Assembly: GCA_964424265.1 (NCBI GenBank)
Contig: CAYRHX010000005.1
Coordinates: forward strand, 7,951-71,950
DNA: 64,000 nt
Reading direction: 5' to 3'
Source of the DNA: an uncultured Candidatus Saccharibacteria bacterium
GTDB lineage: Bacteria; Patescibacteriota; Minisyncoccia; Phycocordibacterales; UBA2100
This document shows positions 9,779 to 19,904 of the stretch, one piece after another; positions within the stretch are counted from its first letter, which is position 1, and each line of letters begins with the position of its first letter. Under the pieces are notes generated by a model, which searched no databases, was not told the origin of the DNA, and saw only the letters and a program-made list of their open reading frames with translations. A program made the position numbers and the translations under genes.

Positions 9779-10036
9779 TTGCATATGAAAATAACTGCTA
9801 TCCAAAAATGGGGGAACAGCTATGCGGTGCGTATCCCAAAGACCACCGTGCGCAAACTTAATTTGAAGGCGGGTCATACCGTAGAAATTCGAGAGATGGA
9901 TCACGGCCGAGCATTTTCTATTACTCCGGTGCCGACTGATACAGACTCATTCGATGAGTTGGTTGAGAGAATTACGAAAGAAAATACTCACGGACCAACA
10001 GATTGGGGCAAAGCGATGGGGAAAGAAGTATGGTAG
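9779..10036 (+). CDS. mazE: MazE/PemI-type antitoxin (AbrB/SpoVT fold)
   Basis: KWGNSYAVRIPK motif. Overlaps the downstream toxin start (ATGGTAG). Confidence 0.75.
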   Translation: MHMKITAIQKWGNSYAVRIPKTTVRKLNLKAGHTVEIREMDHGRAFSITPVPTDTDSFDELVERITKENTHGPTDWGKAMGKEVW

Positions 10037-10374
10037 CGAAGGGTCGGTATATTCCTCGTCGCGGGCACGTGGTGTGGGTCGATTTTGATCCTGTTCGCGG
10101 ACACGAGCAAAGGGGGAAACGCCCGGCAATGATTGTCTCGTCTGAAAAATATAACGCGAAATCGGGCCTTGCTCTCGCATGCCCTATCACATCCCGCGCA
10201 AAGGGATATCCATTTGAAGTATCACTTACTACCAAGGCGATGACAGGCGTAATACTGGTGGATCAAATTCGTTCGATTGACTGGTCACAACGGCGAGCGA
10301 AAAAGATGGGATCTGCCTCCGAAAAAACAATCGCGGATGTTCAAAATCTCCTGAAAAAACTGATTACCGACTGA
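10030..10374 (+). CDS. mazF: MazF/PemK mRNA interferase toxin
   Basis: Alignable along its full length to E. coli MazF: RYIPRRGHVVWVDFDPVRGHEQRGKRPAMIVS...GYPFEV...ILVDQIRSIDW. Confidence 0.8.
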   Translation: MVAKGRYIPRRGHVVWVDFDPVRGHEQRGKRPAMIVSSEKYNAKSGLALACPITSRAKGYPFEVSLTTKAMTGVILVDQIRSIDWSQRRAKKMGSASEKTIADVQNLLKKLITD

Positions 10375-10493
10375 TCGCGCGCAGAGATACATCCCCAATT
10401 TGTCTGCATAAAATTTGAGCATCGTCAGCCTGATTATGATGAGCATTGAGCGGCGCCTGGCTGCTATGTATTTAGGCCGTTTTCTTTGGTATT

Positions 10494-11438
10494 ATGCAGG
10501 TCATGCAACGACTTTTTACGGGTCTTCAGCCTTCGGGATCACTCCACATCGGCAACTACTTCGGCGCACTCAAGCAGACTGTTGAGTTACTCAAGGATGC
10601 CGATGGTCTCGTGATGATCGCGGATTATCATGCACTTACCACGCTCAAGGATGTACCGGGACTCCGAAAAAATATTGGCGATGTGGTGCGCGATTATGTG
10701 GCTGTCGGCGTTGACCCACAAAAGGCAATAATTTTCCAACAATCCTCAAATCCGGCGCATACAGAGCTTGCGTGGATTTTTGATTGCCTCGTCACTGTCC
10801 CGTTCCTCATGCAAGCACATGCCTACAAAGATAAAGTAGCGAAAGGGTTGGAGGCCAACGCGGGGCTCTTCACCTACCCAATGCTCATGGCGGCCGACAT
10901 TTTGCTCTACGACACCGATATTGTGCCTGTGGGGGCAGATCAGCGGCAGCACGTCGAGTACGCGAGGGAAGCGGCTACCAAGTTTAACAACGCATTCGGC
11001 GAGACGTTTAAGCAGCCGCAGGAAAAGATTCTTGATACTGTCGCCGTGGTCCCCGGTACTGACGGTAAAAAAATGAGCAAGAGCTATGGCAACACTATTC
11101 CACTCTTCGGGACAAGAGAGGAGATACAGAAAGCGGTGATGAGCATTGTCACCGATTCGAATGCCGAGAGCCCTGAGAATGTGTACAACATCCATTCTCT
11201 TTTCAAGAGTAGGCAGGAACTGTCTATTTTGTATTCGGAAAACAAAGGTAAATACAAAGCTCTTAAAGACGCGCTGGTAGAAGATGTCGAGGCTTTGATC
11301 GGTCCCATGCGCGCACGACGAGAGAGCCTCTCCGATGCTGATGTGAAAGAGATACTGAGAGATGGGGGAGAGCGAGCTCGCGCTCAGGCAGATAAAAAAA
11401 TGATCGACGTACGCAAGGCGGTAGGTGTAACATTGTAG
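10494..11438 (+). CDS. trpS: tryptophanyl-tRNA synthetase
   Basis: GLQPSGSLHIGNY (HIGH region) and KMSKS. Size ~314 aa. Confidence 0.9.
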   Translation: MQVMQRLFTGLQPSGSLHIGNYFGALKQTVELLKDADGLVMIADYHALTTLKDVPGLRKNIGDVVRDYVAVGVDPQKAIIFQQSSNPAHTELAWIFDCLVTVPFLMQAHAYKDKVAKGLEANAGLFTYPMLMAADILLYDTDIVPVGADQRQHVEYAREAATKFNNAFGETFKQPQEKILDTVAVVPGTDGKKMSKSYGNTIPLFGTREEIQKAVMSIVTDSNAESPENVYNIHSLFKSRQELSILYSENKGKYKALKDALVEDVEALIGPMRARRESLSDADVKEILRDGGERARAQADKKMIDVRKAVGVTL

Positions 11439-11461
11439 CGATTCACGAAATTGTTAATTGT

Positions 11462-12862
11462 ATGGAAAGAACACTTATCAAAGATTTACAAAACGCTGTC
11501 AACACGACGGTACTCATCAAAGGATGGGTCTCAGTACGCCGCGATCAGGGCAAGATGGTCTTCTTCGACTTCCGCGACATGACGGGCACGGTGCAGGGCG
11601 TGGTGCTTCCGGGCAGCGCAGCGATTGAAACTGCAAAAAATACCAGCAGAGAAAGCGTCGTGCATGTGACAGCCGAAGTGAAAGCACGACCAGAAAAGAA
11701 TAGGCAGCACGGGAAACTCAACGGCGACATTGAGGTGGTTGTGAACGAGCTCATGGTCGAAAGCCCTTCTGCAGTGCTACCTTTTGAAATAAACGAAGAT
11801 ACTTCAGGTATCGGCGAAGAGAATCGCCTCAAGTATCGATACCTCGATCTCCGGAGCGAGAGAATGCAGCGTAACATTCGTTTGAGAAGCGAATTTGTGC
11901 AGCGATGCCGCGAGTTTCTATTTGCGCAACATTTTACAGAGATCGAAACGCCATTGCTTACGGAGTCGACTCCCGAGGGCTCGCGTGATTTCGTGGTGCC
12001 CTCGCGTATTCACCCAGGCAAATTTTATGCCCTCCCGCAGTCTCCCCAGCAATACAAGCAACTCCTCATGGTGGGTGGTTTCGAGCGTTATTTTCAAATT
12101 GCGCGTGCTGTGCGCGACGAAGATCTGCGCGCCGACCGCGGATTCGAGCACACGCAAGTCGATATAGAAATGTCATTTGTGGATCAAGAAAGCGTGATGC
12201 AGACAGTTGAAGCGATGATCACCACTTCGGTGGAAGCTATGGGATTTACGGTGAAGCAGAAACCATTTCCACGTGTCACCTATGCAGAATCTATGGAGAA
12301 ATACGGCGCAGACAAATTTGATTTGCGAACTGAAGAGGAGAAGAAAGAGGGGATCCTTGCATTTGCGTGGGTGTATAAATTTCCTTTTTTCGAGAAAACA
12401 CCAGAAGGAAAATGGACATTCACGCACAACCCATTCTCAATGCCTATCGCTGAACACATCGATGATTTACTCACCCAAAAAAATATCGAGGGCATCCTCA
12501 CGACCCAGTACGACCTTGTGTGCAATGGCTTCGAATCGGGAGGGGGGAGCATTCGAGCGCACCGGCCAGAAGTACTCAGGGCTACATACCGAGCAATGGG
12601 ATATTCGGATGAAGAAACGCAGGAGCGCATTGGTCACATGTTAGAAGCGTTTAAATATGGCACGCCGCCTCATGGAGGCATCGCGATCGGCGTTGAACGC
12701 ATCATTATGAACCTCACCGGGGAATCGTACTTGCGTGAGGTGCAGGCATTTCCGATGACTCGTGGCGGGCAGACTGCGGTCATGAATGCGCCAAAGCCTC
12801 TTACTAAAGAGCAGCTCGAAGAGCTGCATCTACAAATCAAACCAACACATAAACATGAGTGA
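11462..12862 (+). CDS. aspS: aspartyl-tRNA synthetase (class II, short form without GAD insertion)
   Basis: LPQSPQQYKQLLMVGGFERYFQIARAVRDEDLRADRGFEHTQVDIEMSF. C-terminal GGGSIR motif 3. Confidence 0.9.
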   Translation: MERTLIKDLQNAVNTTVLIKGWVSVRRDQGKMVFFDFRDMTGTVQGVVLPGSAAIETAKNTSRESVVHVTAEVKARPEKNRQHGKLNGDIEVVVNELMVESPSAVLPFEINEDTSGIGEENRLKYRYLDLRSERMQRNIRLRSEFVQRCREFLFAQHFTEIETPLLTESTPEGSRDFVVPSRIHPGKFYALPQSPQQYKQLLMVGGFERYFQIARAVRDEDLRADRGFEHTQVDIEMSFVDQESVMQTVEAMITTSVEAMGFTVKQKPFPRVTYAESMEKYGADKFDLRTEEEKKEGILAFAWVYKFPFFEKTPEGKWTFTHNPFSMPIAEHIDDLLTQKNIEGILTTQYDLVCNGFESGGGSIRAHRPEVLRATYRAMGYSDEETQERIGHMLEAFKYGTPPHGGIAIGVERIIMNLTGESYLREVQAFPMTRGGQTAVMNAPKPLTKEQLEELHLQIKPTHKHE

Positions 12863-13580
12863 GCGTTTCCAAATCGCAACCCCCGCATACGCGGGACCAC
12901 TCGAAACCCTCCTTAACATGATCGAGGAGCGCAAGATGTCTGTCTCCGACATTTCGCTTGCTGAGGTCACTGACGCATACCTTGTCTATGTTGAGAAATT
13001 ACCTGAACTTCCGCTCGGAGAGACCGCCCAATTTATCTTGGTGGCCTCGACCTTGCTTCTTATTAAATCTCGCGCACTTCTGCCAACGCTCGAACTTTCT
13101 GAAAGTGAGCGCGAAAGTGTCGAGGAGCTGGAGCGCCGTCTCGCTCGGTACGCCGTATACCGAAAAGCAGCAAAAGGTCTCCGTGTCACGTGGGGAAAAT
13201 CTCCTCTCCTTTTACCTCATCGTGCGCCGCTCCGAGTCCCTGTGTTTAGTCCGGGAGCCTCCACAGTGGGCATCATCGTGGAGGCCGCACAACGCCTTAT
13301 ACACATTTTGCCAAAGCCCGAAACTCTGGCCGAAGCCGTCGTTGCGCCCGTTCTCGCCCTTGAAGAGGTGATCGTCCAGCTGAAAGATCGTCTTTCCAGC
13401 GCTTTCCGCGCGCGATTCAGCGAGCTTACTAAATCTCGTCCGAGGCACGATGTTATTGTGTACTTTCTTGCAATGCTTGAGCTTGTAAGGTCGGGTTCGG
13501 CGAGCGTTACGCAGGATAAACTCTTCGAAGAAATTACCATCGAAATCGAAAATGTAAGCGCGCCACGTTATGGAATCTAA
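12855..13580 (+). CDS. scpA: segregation and condensation protein A
   Basis: MSERFQIATPAYAGPLETLLNMIEERKMSVSDISLAEVTDAYLVYV. Start overlaps the aspS stop (ATGAGTGA). Confidence 0.8.
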   Translation: MSERFQIATPAYAGPLETLLNMIEERKMSVSDISLAEVTDAYLVYVEKLPELPLGETAQFILVASTLLLIKSRALLPTLELSESERESVEELERRLARYAVYRKAAKGLRVTWGKSPLLLPHRAPLRVPVFSPGASTVGIIVEAAQRLIHILPKPETLAEAVVAPVLALEEVIVQLKDRLSSAFRARFSELTKSRPRHDVIVYFLAMLELVRSGSASVTQDKLFEEITIEIENVSAPRYGI

Positions 13581-14184
13581 TATACCTAGCAACCTTCCGT
13601 CTCTCATTAATGCCTTTCTTTTCAGTGAGGGTGGTTCTCTGACGTTGCGCAAACTTTCGCATCTAACCGGAGTAAACGAACCGCACATTAAGGGATCGCT
13701 GGAGATCTTGAAGACACAGCTCGCAGGTACCGGCCTTACTATCGTTCAGACGGATACTGAAGCGAGCCTGGTGATTGATCAAACAGTCTCGCCCGCAATT
13801 CAGGCTGCGCTCCAGCGCGAATTTAGTGCCGACATTGGAGACGCAGGCCTTGAAGTGCTCGCGATTGTTCTATACCGCGGCGCTTCGACTCGCGCCCAAA
13901 TCGATTACATTCGGGGCGTTAATACCAGCTCAACGATACGCGGCTTACTCGCGCGAGGGCTTCTTGAGCGTACTGGTAATCCTGATGATGGCAGAGAATT
14001 CCTCTATCGACCGACCGTCGAACTTCTAACCCACCTCGGCATACGAAGTGTGTCGGAATTACCCGATCGTGACAACGTAGTTCGAGAACTCAACGCTTTT
14101 GAGGCGGCCTCCTCGGTAGCAAATGCCCAAGAGGGATTAGGCAACCCCGATCCCGAATCGACGCAAAAATATGGAGACCGATAA
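13570..14184 (+). CDS. scpB: segregation and condensation protein B
   Basis: LEVLAIVLYRGASTRAQIDYIRGVNTSSTIRGLLARGLLER winged-helix pattern. Follows scpA. Confidence 0.8.
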   Translation: MESNIPSNLPSLINAFLFSEGGSLTLRKLSHLTGVNEPHIKGSLEILKTQLAGTGLTIVQTDTEASLVIDQTVSPAIQAALQREFSADIGDAGLEVLAIVLYRGASTRAQIDYIRGVNTSSTIRGLLARGLLERTGNPDDGREFLYRPTVELLTHLGIRSVSELPDRDNVVRELNAFEAASSVANAQEGLGNPDPESTQKYGDR

Positions 14185-15163
14185 TAAAATCGAGGGAGGA
14201 ATCGGTGTCGCGGTTACTGAAATACCTGCGAGCACGCGCCAACAGACATATGTTGGCATCTCCGCCCTCGTCCTTATATTTTTTGCGAGCGCAGGTTTGA
14301 CGATGGCATACCTTGGAGAGGATCCTCAACAGCAGAGCGGTCAGTTGGCCGCTGCCATTGTGGCGGACCCTATACCTGATATTTCTTTAATCGCGGAAAG
14401 CGCATATGTGTTGGATCTTACATCGGGTCGCGTGTTGTATTCCAAAAACGAGAACGCACAGCTGCCGCTCGCGTCGCTCACAAAAGTCGCCTTGGTTCTC
14501 GCTACCGCCGACGTATTGCCCGACGAATCGCTCCTCATCCCTGTGCATCACACGCCTGATGGAGCGCCGATCAGATTGCCTTCCGGCTGGCGCTTCAAAA
14601 TACGAGATATTATCGACTTCACGCTTGTCGCTTCATCAAATGAGGGTGCCGAGATCCTATCTAATGCCGCCCGCTCTCACATAATCGAGCGATTCCCTGA
14701 AGCAAATCCTGAGGACCCTGTATTGTGGCGAATGAATAATATTGCGCAAAATCTAGGACTAACCAACACCTTCTTTCTAAATGCGAGCGGACTGGACCTA
14801 AGTGATACACAAGCTGGCGCATACGGATCTGCGCAAGACATTGCAAAACTCTTCGCTTATGCGGCGTCGACCTCAGCCTCAACCTTTGAACACACGACCA
14901 GGAGTCTACTCACCATTCGCGCTGCAACCGGGCAAACAGTTAACGCTGAAAATACGGATGAGGCTCTCCCATCAATCCCCGGTCTCATCCTCGGCAAAAC
15001 TGGTTACACTGACCTTGCAGGGGGTAATTTGGCGGTCGTTTTTGAGGTCGGCCCTTCTCGTCCTGTTGCCGCGGTTGTGCTCCTGTCCACCGAAGCGGGT
15101 CGGTTTGAAGATATGAGAAAATTAATCATAGCCTCGCAAGAGGCAATCGCCGCTAACCATTAA
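14171..15163 (+). CDS. D-alanyl-D-alanine carboxypeptidase (PBP5/6-like, peptidase S11)
   Basis: SxxK (ASLTKV), SxN (SSNEG) and KTG (GKTGYT) motifs. Signal/TM N-terminus. Confidence 0.75.
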   Translation: METDNKIEGGIGVAVTEIPASTRQQTYVGISALVLIFFASAGLTMAYLGEDPQQQSGQLAAAIVADPIPDISLIAESAYVLDLTSGRVLYSKNENAQLPLASLTKVALVLATADVLPDESLLIPVHHTPDGAPIRLPSGWRFKIRDIIDFTLVASSNEGAEILSNAARSHIIERFPEANPEDPVLWRMNNIAQNLGLTNTFFLNASGLDLSDTQAGAYGSAQDIAKLFAYAASTSASTFEHTTRSLLTIRAATGQTVNAENTDEALPSIPGLILGKTGYTDLAGGNLAVVFEVGPSRPVAAVVLLSTEAGRFEDMRKLIIASQEAIAANH

Positions 15164-15181
15164 TCCACATTTGCCACTCGT

Positions 15182-16246
15182 ATGCTTTCGCCAATCATCA
15201 TAATCCTAGCTCCCGCCGCTTGCGCGTTTGCGATAGGGATGCTGGGAGCCCCGATCTTGGCTCACTATCTCTACAAATACCGAGCTTGGAAAAAAACACC
15301 TGGTAAACAAACCCTCGACGGAAACATCGCTCATGAATTTAATCGACTCCACCTCCACAATGAGGTTCGCGCTCCTCGCATGGGAGGCATAGTGGTGTGG
15401 GGGAGTGCCCTCATCACGATTATGGGGGTGTGGTTTGCCGCTACTATTTTCCCGAATTCGATTACGACACAGTTGAACTATTTGAGCCGCGGTCAGACGT
15501 GGGTCCCACTCGCAACACTTTTGGTCGGTGCCCTTGTAGGGCTCATCGATGATCTTTTGACCATCCAAAAGTCGTCCGAGGGACTTCGCTTGCGCTATCG
15601 GCTCCTTACCGTGGTGGTACTGTCTGCATGTATTGGCTGGTGGTTTTGGGCTAAGTTGGATGTAGCGAGTTTGAGTGTCCCGTTTTCTGCGCCTCTTGAG
15701 ATCGGATGGTTGATCATCCCGTTTTTCATTGTTGTTTCGCTCGGCCTGTACGCTTCTGGGGTGATTGATGGCATTGATGGACTCTCTGGGGGAGTATTTG
15801 CATCAATCTTTGCTTCATACACTGTAATCGCATACGCCCAAAATCAAATAGACTTGGCCGCCTTTACGGCCTCTATCGCCGGAGGTCTGCTCGCGTTTCT
15901 CTGGTATAACGTGCCTCCTGCGCGGTTTTACATGAGCGACACAGGCACGATGGCACTTACCTTGGTGATCGGGGTTGTCGCGCTCATGACGGACAATCTG
16001 GGAGAGGGGATCGGGATGTCCGTCTTGCCGATTATCGGCATCCTCCTAGTCGTGACGACGCTTTCGGATGTCGTGCAAGTCTTGTCGAAGCTGTTTTTTG
16101 GCAAAAAGATTTTGCGAATCGCTCCTCTGCACCATCATTTTGAAGCAATCGGTTGGCCAAGTACAAAAGTGACAATGCGCTATTGGATCCTTTCCATAAT
16201 CTTTTCTTTTCTCGGCGTAATAGTGGCGCTTTCGGCGTTGTCCTGA
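15182..16246 (+). CDS. mraY: phospho-N-acetylmuramoyl-pentapeptide transferase
   Basis: Polytopic protein with DDLLTIQK and MraY-like loops. Position in the dcw cluster. Confidence 0.85.
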   Translation: MLSPIIIILAPAACAFAIGMLGAPILAHYLYKYRAWKKTPGKQTLDGNIAHEFNRLHLHNEVRAPRMGGIVVWGSALITIMGVWFAATIFPNSITTQLNYLSRGQTWVPLATLLVGALVGLIDDLLTIQKSSEGLRLRYRLLTVVVLSACIGWWFWAKLDVASLSVPFSAPLEIGWLIIPFFIVVSLGLYASGVIDGIDGLSGGVFASIFASYTVIAYAQNQIDLAAFTASIAGGLLAFLWYNVPPARFYMSDTGTMALTLVIGVVALMTDNLGEGIGMSVLPIIGILLVVTTLSDVVQVLSKLFFGKKILRIAPLHHHFEAIGWPSTKVTMRYWILSIIFSFLGVIVALSALS

Positions 16247-16260
16247 TCTATTGATATTTT

Positions 16261-17388
16261 TTGAATGATACTATGATGTCCATGCGCCACGGACGAGTTG
16301 ATAAGCCACTCCTCCTTCTTCTTTTCATCCTCATACTCGGAGGAGCTGCGATATTCGCGTCGGCTGCTTTTGGTTTACTCGCACGAGGACAGGAAGGGAT
16401 GACCTCGGTGGCGTTCAACCATCTCGTTCTCGGCGTGGGTCTTGGCCTGATTGCGCTTATAGTCTCGGCACACGTTCACTATCGAAACTGGAGGAAATTC
16501 GCGCCCTATCTCTACGGATGCGCACTTCTCGGCACTGCGCTCGTATTTGTCCCGGGATTGGGTTTTACCCACGGCGGAGGTACCCGGTGGATTGACATCG
16601 GTGGATTATCATTACAGCCGTCTGAAGCATTAAAAATTACATCGATTATTTTTGCTGCAGCATACTTCTCTGCAGTACGGGGGCGGGCGGAGTCGCTTCA
16701 ATGGGGCCTCGGGGGCTTCTTTGCGATCATAGCTCTTCCCGCAGCGCTCCTCTTTTTCCAACCCGACATAGGAACGCTGATCATCATAATCATCCCTGTG
16801 TTCGTCATATACGTCGTCGCAGGAGCCCAGTGGCGACACATTGGTGTCGTCATGGCCATAGCCCTTATATGCTTTGCAGCTCTAATATACGTAAAACCGC
16901 ACGCACGGGATCGTGTCATGACCTTTATTGACCCCGCCCGGAATCAGCTCGCTTCCGGATATCAAATTCGTCAATCGCTTATTGCCATTGGATCGGGGCA
17001 ATTTATGGGCCGTGGTTTCGGTCAGGGCATACAGAAATTCACCTACCTACCAGAGCCAATGGGAGACTCGATATTTGCTGTTGCTGCAGAGGAATTTGGT
17101 TTTGTGGGCGCGGTCACAATAGTGCTTCTATTCCTCGCTTTCGGCCTGCGGGCGTATGGTATCGCGGTACACACCAGTGACCTCTTCGGAGGGCTATTGG
17201 TCATCGGAATTTCTACCTATCTTGTCGGTGAGGCCTTTATAAACATTGCCGCAATGCTTGGATTGGCCCCCCTCACCGGAGTGCCTCTCACATTTGTAAG
17301 TCAGGGCGGTAGCGCCATGCTCACATCTCTTGCAAGCGCCGGAATATTGCTCAACATCTCAAGAATCAAGCGCTCTTCGGTCGTTTGA
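16261..17388 (+). CDS. ftsW: SEDS-family lipid II flippase/PG polymerase FtsW
   Basis: SEDS topology. Located between mraY and murG. Confidence 0.8.
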   Translation: MNDTMMSMRHGRVDKPLLLLLFILILGGAAIFASAAFGLLARGQEGMTSVAFNHLVLGVGLGLIALIVSAHVHYRNWRKFAPYLYGCALLGTALVFVPGLGFTHGGGTRWIDIGGLSLQPSEALKITSIIFAAAYFSAVRGRAESLQWGLGGFFAIIALPAALLFFQPDIGTLIIIIIPVFVIYVVAGAQWRHIGVVMAIALICFAALIYVKPHARDRVMTFIDPARNQLASGYQIRQSLIAIGSGQFMGRGFGQGIQKFTYLPEPMGDSIFAVAAEEFGFVGAVTIVLLFLAFGLRAYGIAVHTSDLFGGLLVIGISTYLVGEAFINIAAMLGLAPLTGVPLTFVSQGGSAMLTSLASAGILLNISRIKRSSVV

Positions 17389-17418
17389 GATTGCCACTTT
17401 GGGCGTTAGAATACACCC

Positions 17419-18561
17419 ATGCGTATTGCACTTATCGGCGGGGGATCCGGTGGTCATTTTTTTCCACTCATAGCCGTAGCCGAGGCCGTCGAAGACATCT
17501 GCAAAGAGAAAACACTCTTGGAGCCAGAACTCATCTACATCGGTCCGCCACCCTTTGACCCACAAGCTCTCCTTGAGCATGACATTATCTATGTGCCGAG
17601 CAGCGCCGGGAAAATGCGGAGGTACTTCAGCCTGATGAACATTTTGAGTTTTTTCTTAAGTGCAGTCGGTATCGTTCGTTCAACACTTACACTTTTTCGA
17701 TTGTATCCGGATGTGGTCTTCTCGACAGGTGGATTTGCGGCCTTCCCAACACTCTGGGGGGCGCGTATTTTGCAGATTCCCGTGGTGATTTACGATGCTG
17801 ACTCATCCCCTGGTAGAGTTTCATTATGGTCTGCCAAATTTGCTCGTTGGATTGCTGTTGCACATCCAGACGCTGCACAGAAAATTCCCGCAAAGCTACA
17901 TTACAAAATGGCCCACGTCGGTCATCCAATCCGCAAGGAAGTTGCCGAACCCTCAAAAGGAGCTGGCCATGAATTTTTGCATTTGGATGCCTCTGTTCAA
18001 ACGGTGTTTATTATGGGTGGCTCACAAGGCGCCAGAGCAATAAATGAGGTCGTGCTCGAAGCGCTGCCACAGCTGGTCGAACAATACAATGTTATTCATC
18101 AGACCGGCTCCGCGCACATAGATGAGACTACCGACATTTCTTCTGTGGCGCTGAGAGATTCCGCCTTCTCCCATCGCTACAGGCCGTTTGGATTGCTCAA
18201 TGTCCTCGCCTTACGAATGGCCGCAGGCATTTCGACGCTCGTGGTCGCACGCGCCGGATCGGGTACGATCTTTGAGGTGGCGAGTTGGGGACTGCCGGCC
18301 ATATTGATCCCTATTCCCAAAGACGTCTCTCATGATCAGACGGAAAACGCCTTTTCGTACGCGCGGTCGGGCGCCGCCGTCGTCATTGAGCAGCAAAATC
18401 TGACTCCCCACGTTCTCGTATCCGAAATCCAGCGCATCATGAACGATGCTGGCTTGCAGGATCGTATGAGCTCTGCGGCTCGTACCTTTGCCAGACCCGA
18501 TGCCGCGCGAAAAATCGCAACCATACTTCTCGATATCGCTGTCGAACACGAGCCCGTATGA
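17419..18561 (+). CDS. murG: UDP-GlcNAc:undecaprenyl-PP-MurNAc-pentapeptide GlcNAc transferase
   Basis: MRIALIGGGSGGHFFP N-terminal G-loop. GT28 C-terminal domain. Confidence 0.85.
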   Translation: MRIALIGGGSGGHFFPLIAVAEAVEDICKEKTLLEPELIYIGPPPFDPQALLEHDIIYVPSSAGKMRRYFSLMNILSFFLSAVGIVRSTLTLFRLYPDVVFSTGGFAAFPTLWGARILQIPVVIYDADSSPGRVSLWSAKFARWIAVAHPDAAQKIPAKLHYKMAHVGHPIRKEVAEPSKGAGHEFLHLDASVQTVFIMGGSQGARAINEVVLEALPQLVEQYNVIHQTGSAHIDETTDISSVALRDSAFSHRYRPFGLLNVLALRMAAGISTLVVARAGSGTIFEVASWGLPAILIPIPKDVSHDQTENAFSYARSGAAVVIEQQNLTPHVLVSEIQRIMNDAGLQDRMSSAARTFARPDAARKIATILLDIAVEHEPV

Positions 18562-19904
18562 ACGTGAAGGTACGATTTCCGCCGAGCCCTACGGGGTTTT
18601 GCCACGTCGGCACTGCGCGCATGGCGATACTTAATTATCTTTTTGCCCGAAAGCATGGCGGTATAGTCATATTCCGCAGCGAAGATACCGACAAAGAACG
18701 AAGTAGACCGGAGTTTGAGACCGACATTATCGAGAGTCTTTCATGGCTTGGATTATCATGGGATGCGTTTTACCGTCAATCTGAAAGGACTACCCTGTAC
18801 ACCACGGTCCTCGAGAAACTCATAGCAGAGGGCAAGGCGTATGTATCCGACGAGGAGAGTAAGAAAGACCCTGGTGTTCGCGTGTCTCCGGTACGCCTAA
18901 AAAATCCCGGCAGCGTCGTTACCTTCACCGATTTGATACGGGGAGAAATTTCATTTGACACCACCGAGCTCAAGGATTTCGTCATTGCGCGTTCCATCAC
19001 CGACCCCCTCTACCACCTTGCGGTCGTTCTCGACGACTCCGACATGGGCATAACGCACATCATCCGCGGGGAGGATCATATTTCAAACACTCCGCGACAA
19101 ATATTGATACAAGAGGCGCTCGGCATACCACGGCCTCTGTACGCTCACTATCCGCTTCATCTGTCTGCCGACAGAGCCAAACTTTCGAAGCGCACGGGCG
19201 ACGTATCCGTGCGGTCGTATCGAGAAAAGGGGTTCTTATCTGGAGCCCTGCTCAACTACCTTGCAGTCCTTGGGTGGACCCCACCTTCCGGCAAAGAAAT
19301 TCTTTCACTCAACGAGATGATATCCGAATTTGAAATTGCCAATATCCATAAAAGTGGCGCTGTTTTCGATATTGATAAGTTGCGGTGGTTTAATCGGGAG
19401 TACCTGCTCATGCTTTCATCGGATGAATTCGACCATGAAGCGCTTATGATTTTAAAAAAGGCAGCGGAAGAAAGAAAGCTGCCCTGGAATCATGAAGTCG
19501 CAAAGAGGCTGGCGCTTCTTATTAAGGAAAGGATACACGTGTGGGATGATGTACGAACCCAGGTGAGAGATGGAGAATTCGATTTCTTCTTCGCAGACCC
19601 ATCGCCCGATGTGGGTCTCATTCCCCAAAAAGGCGTGTCTACCGAAGAGACATTACGTCACCTCGTGAAAACGTCTGAAATTATAGGATCCATGCCCGAT
19701 GCGGCCTTTACTGCAGAGGATACAGTGAAAGACCAGGTTTTTGCATACGCGACGATCCAGGGCAGGGCTGCCGTATTGTGGCCACTTCGCTACAGCCTAA
19801 CGGGCCTTCTGCGCTCCCCAGACCCATTTGCCGTGATGCACGCCATCGGTAAAGATGCGACGCTCCGACGGCTAGAAACTGCGCGTTCCTTGCTTTCAGT
19901 ATGA
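18558..19904 (+). CDS. gltX: glutamyl-tRNA synthetase
   Basis: RFPPSPTGFCHVG (HIGH region) and KLSKR. HIIRGEDHISNTPRQ. Confidence 0.9.
   Translation: MNVKVRFPPSPTGFCHVGTARMAILNYLFARKHGGIVIFRSEDTDKERSRPEFETDIIESLSWLGLSWDAFYRQSERTTLYTTVLEKLIAEGKAYVSDEESKKDPGVRVSPVRLKNPGSVVTFTDLIRGEISFDTTELKDFVIARSITDPLYHLAVVLDDSDMGITHIIRGEDHISNTPRQILIQEALGIPRPLYAHYPLHLSADRAKLSKRTGDVSVRSYREKGFLSGALLNYLAVLGWTPPSGKEILSLNEMISEFEIANIHKSGAVFDIDKLRWFNREYLLMLSSDEFDHEALMILKKAAEERKLPWNHEVAKRLALLIKERIHVWDDVRTQVRDGEFDFFFADPSPDVGLIPQKGVSTEETLRHLVKTSEIIGSMPDAAFTAEDTVKDQVFAYATIQGRAAVLWPLRYSLTGLLRSPDPFAVMHAIGKDATLRRLETARSLLSV

Noticed and set aside
12786-13580. Upstream-extended scpA start overlapping aspS by 77 nt
   Set aside because: The conserved ScpA N-terminus begins at MSERFQ (ATG at 12855), which overlaps the aspS stop by 8 nt. 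The longer extension is unnecessary.
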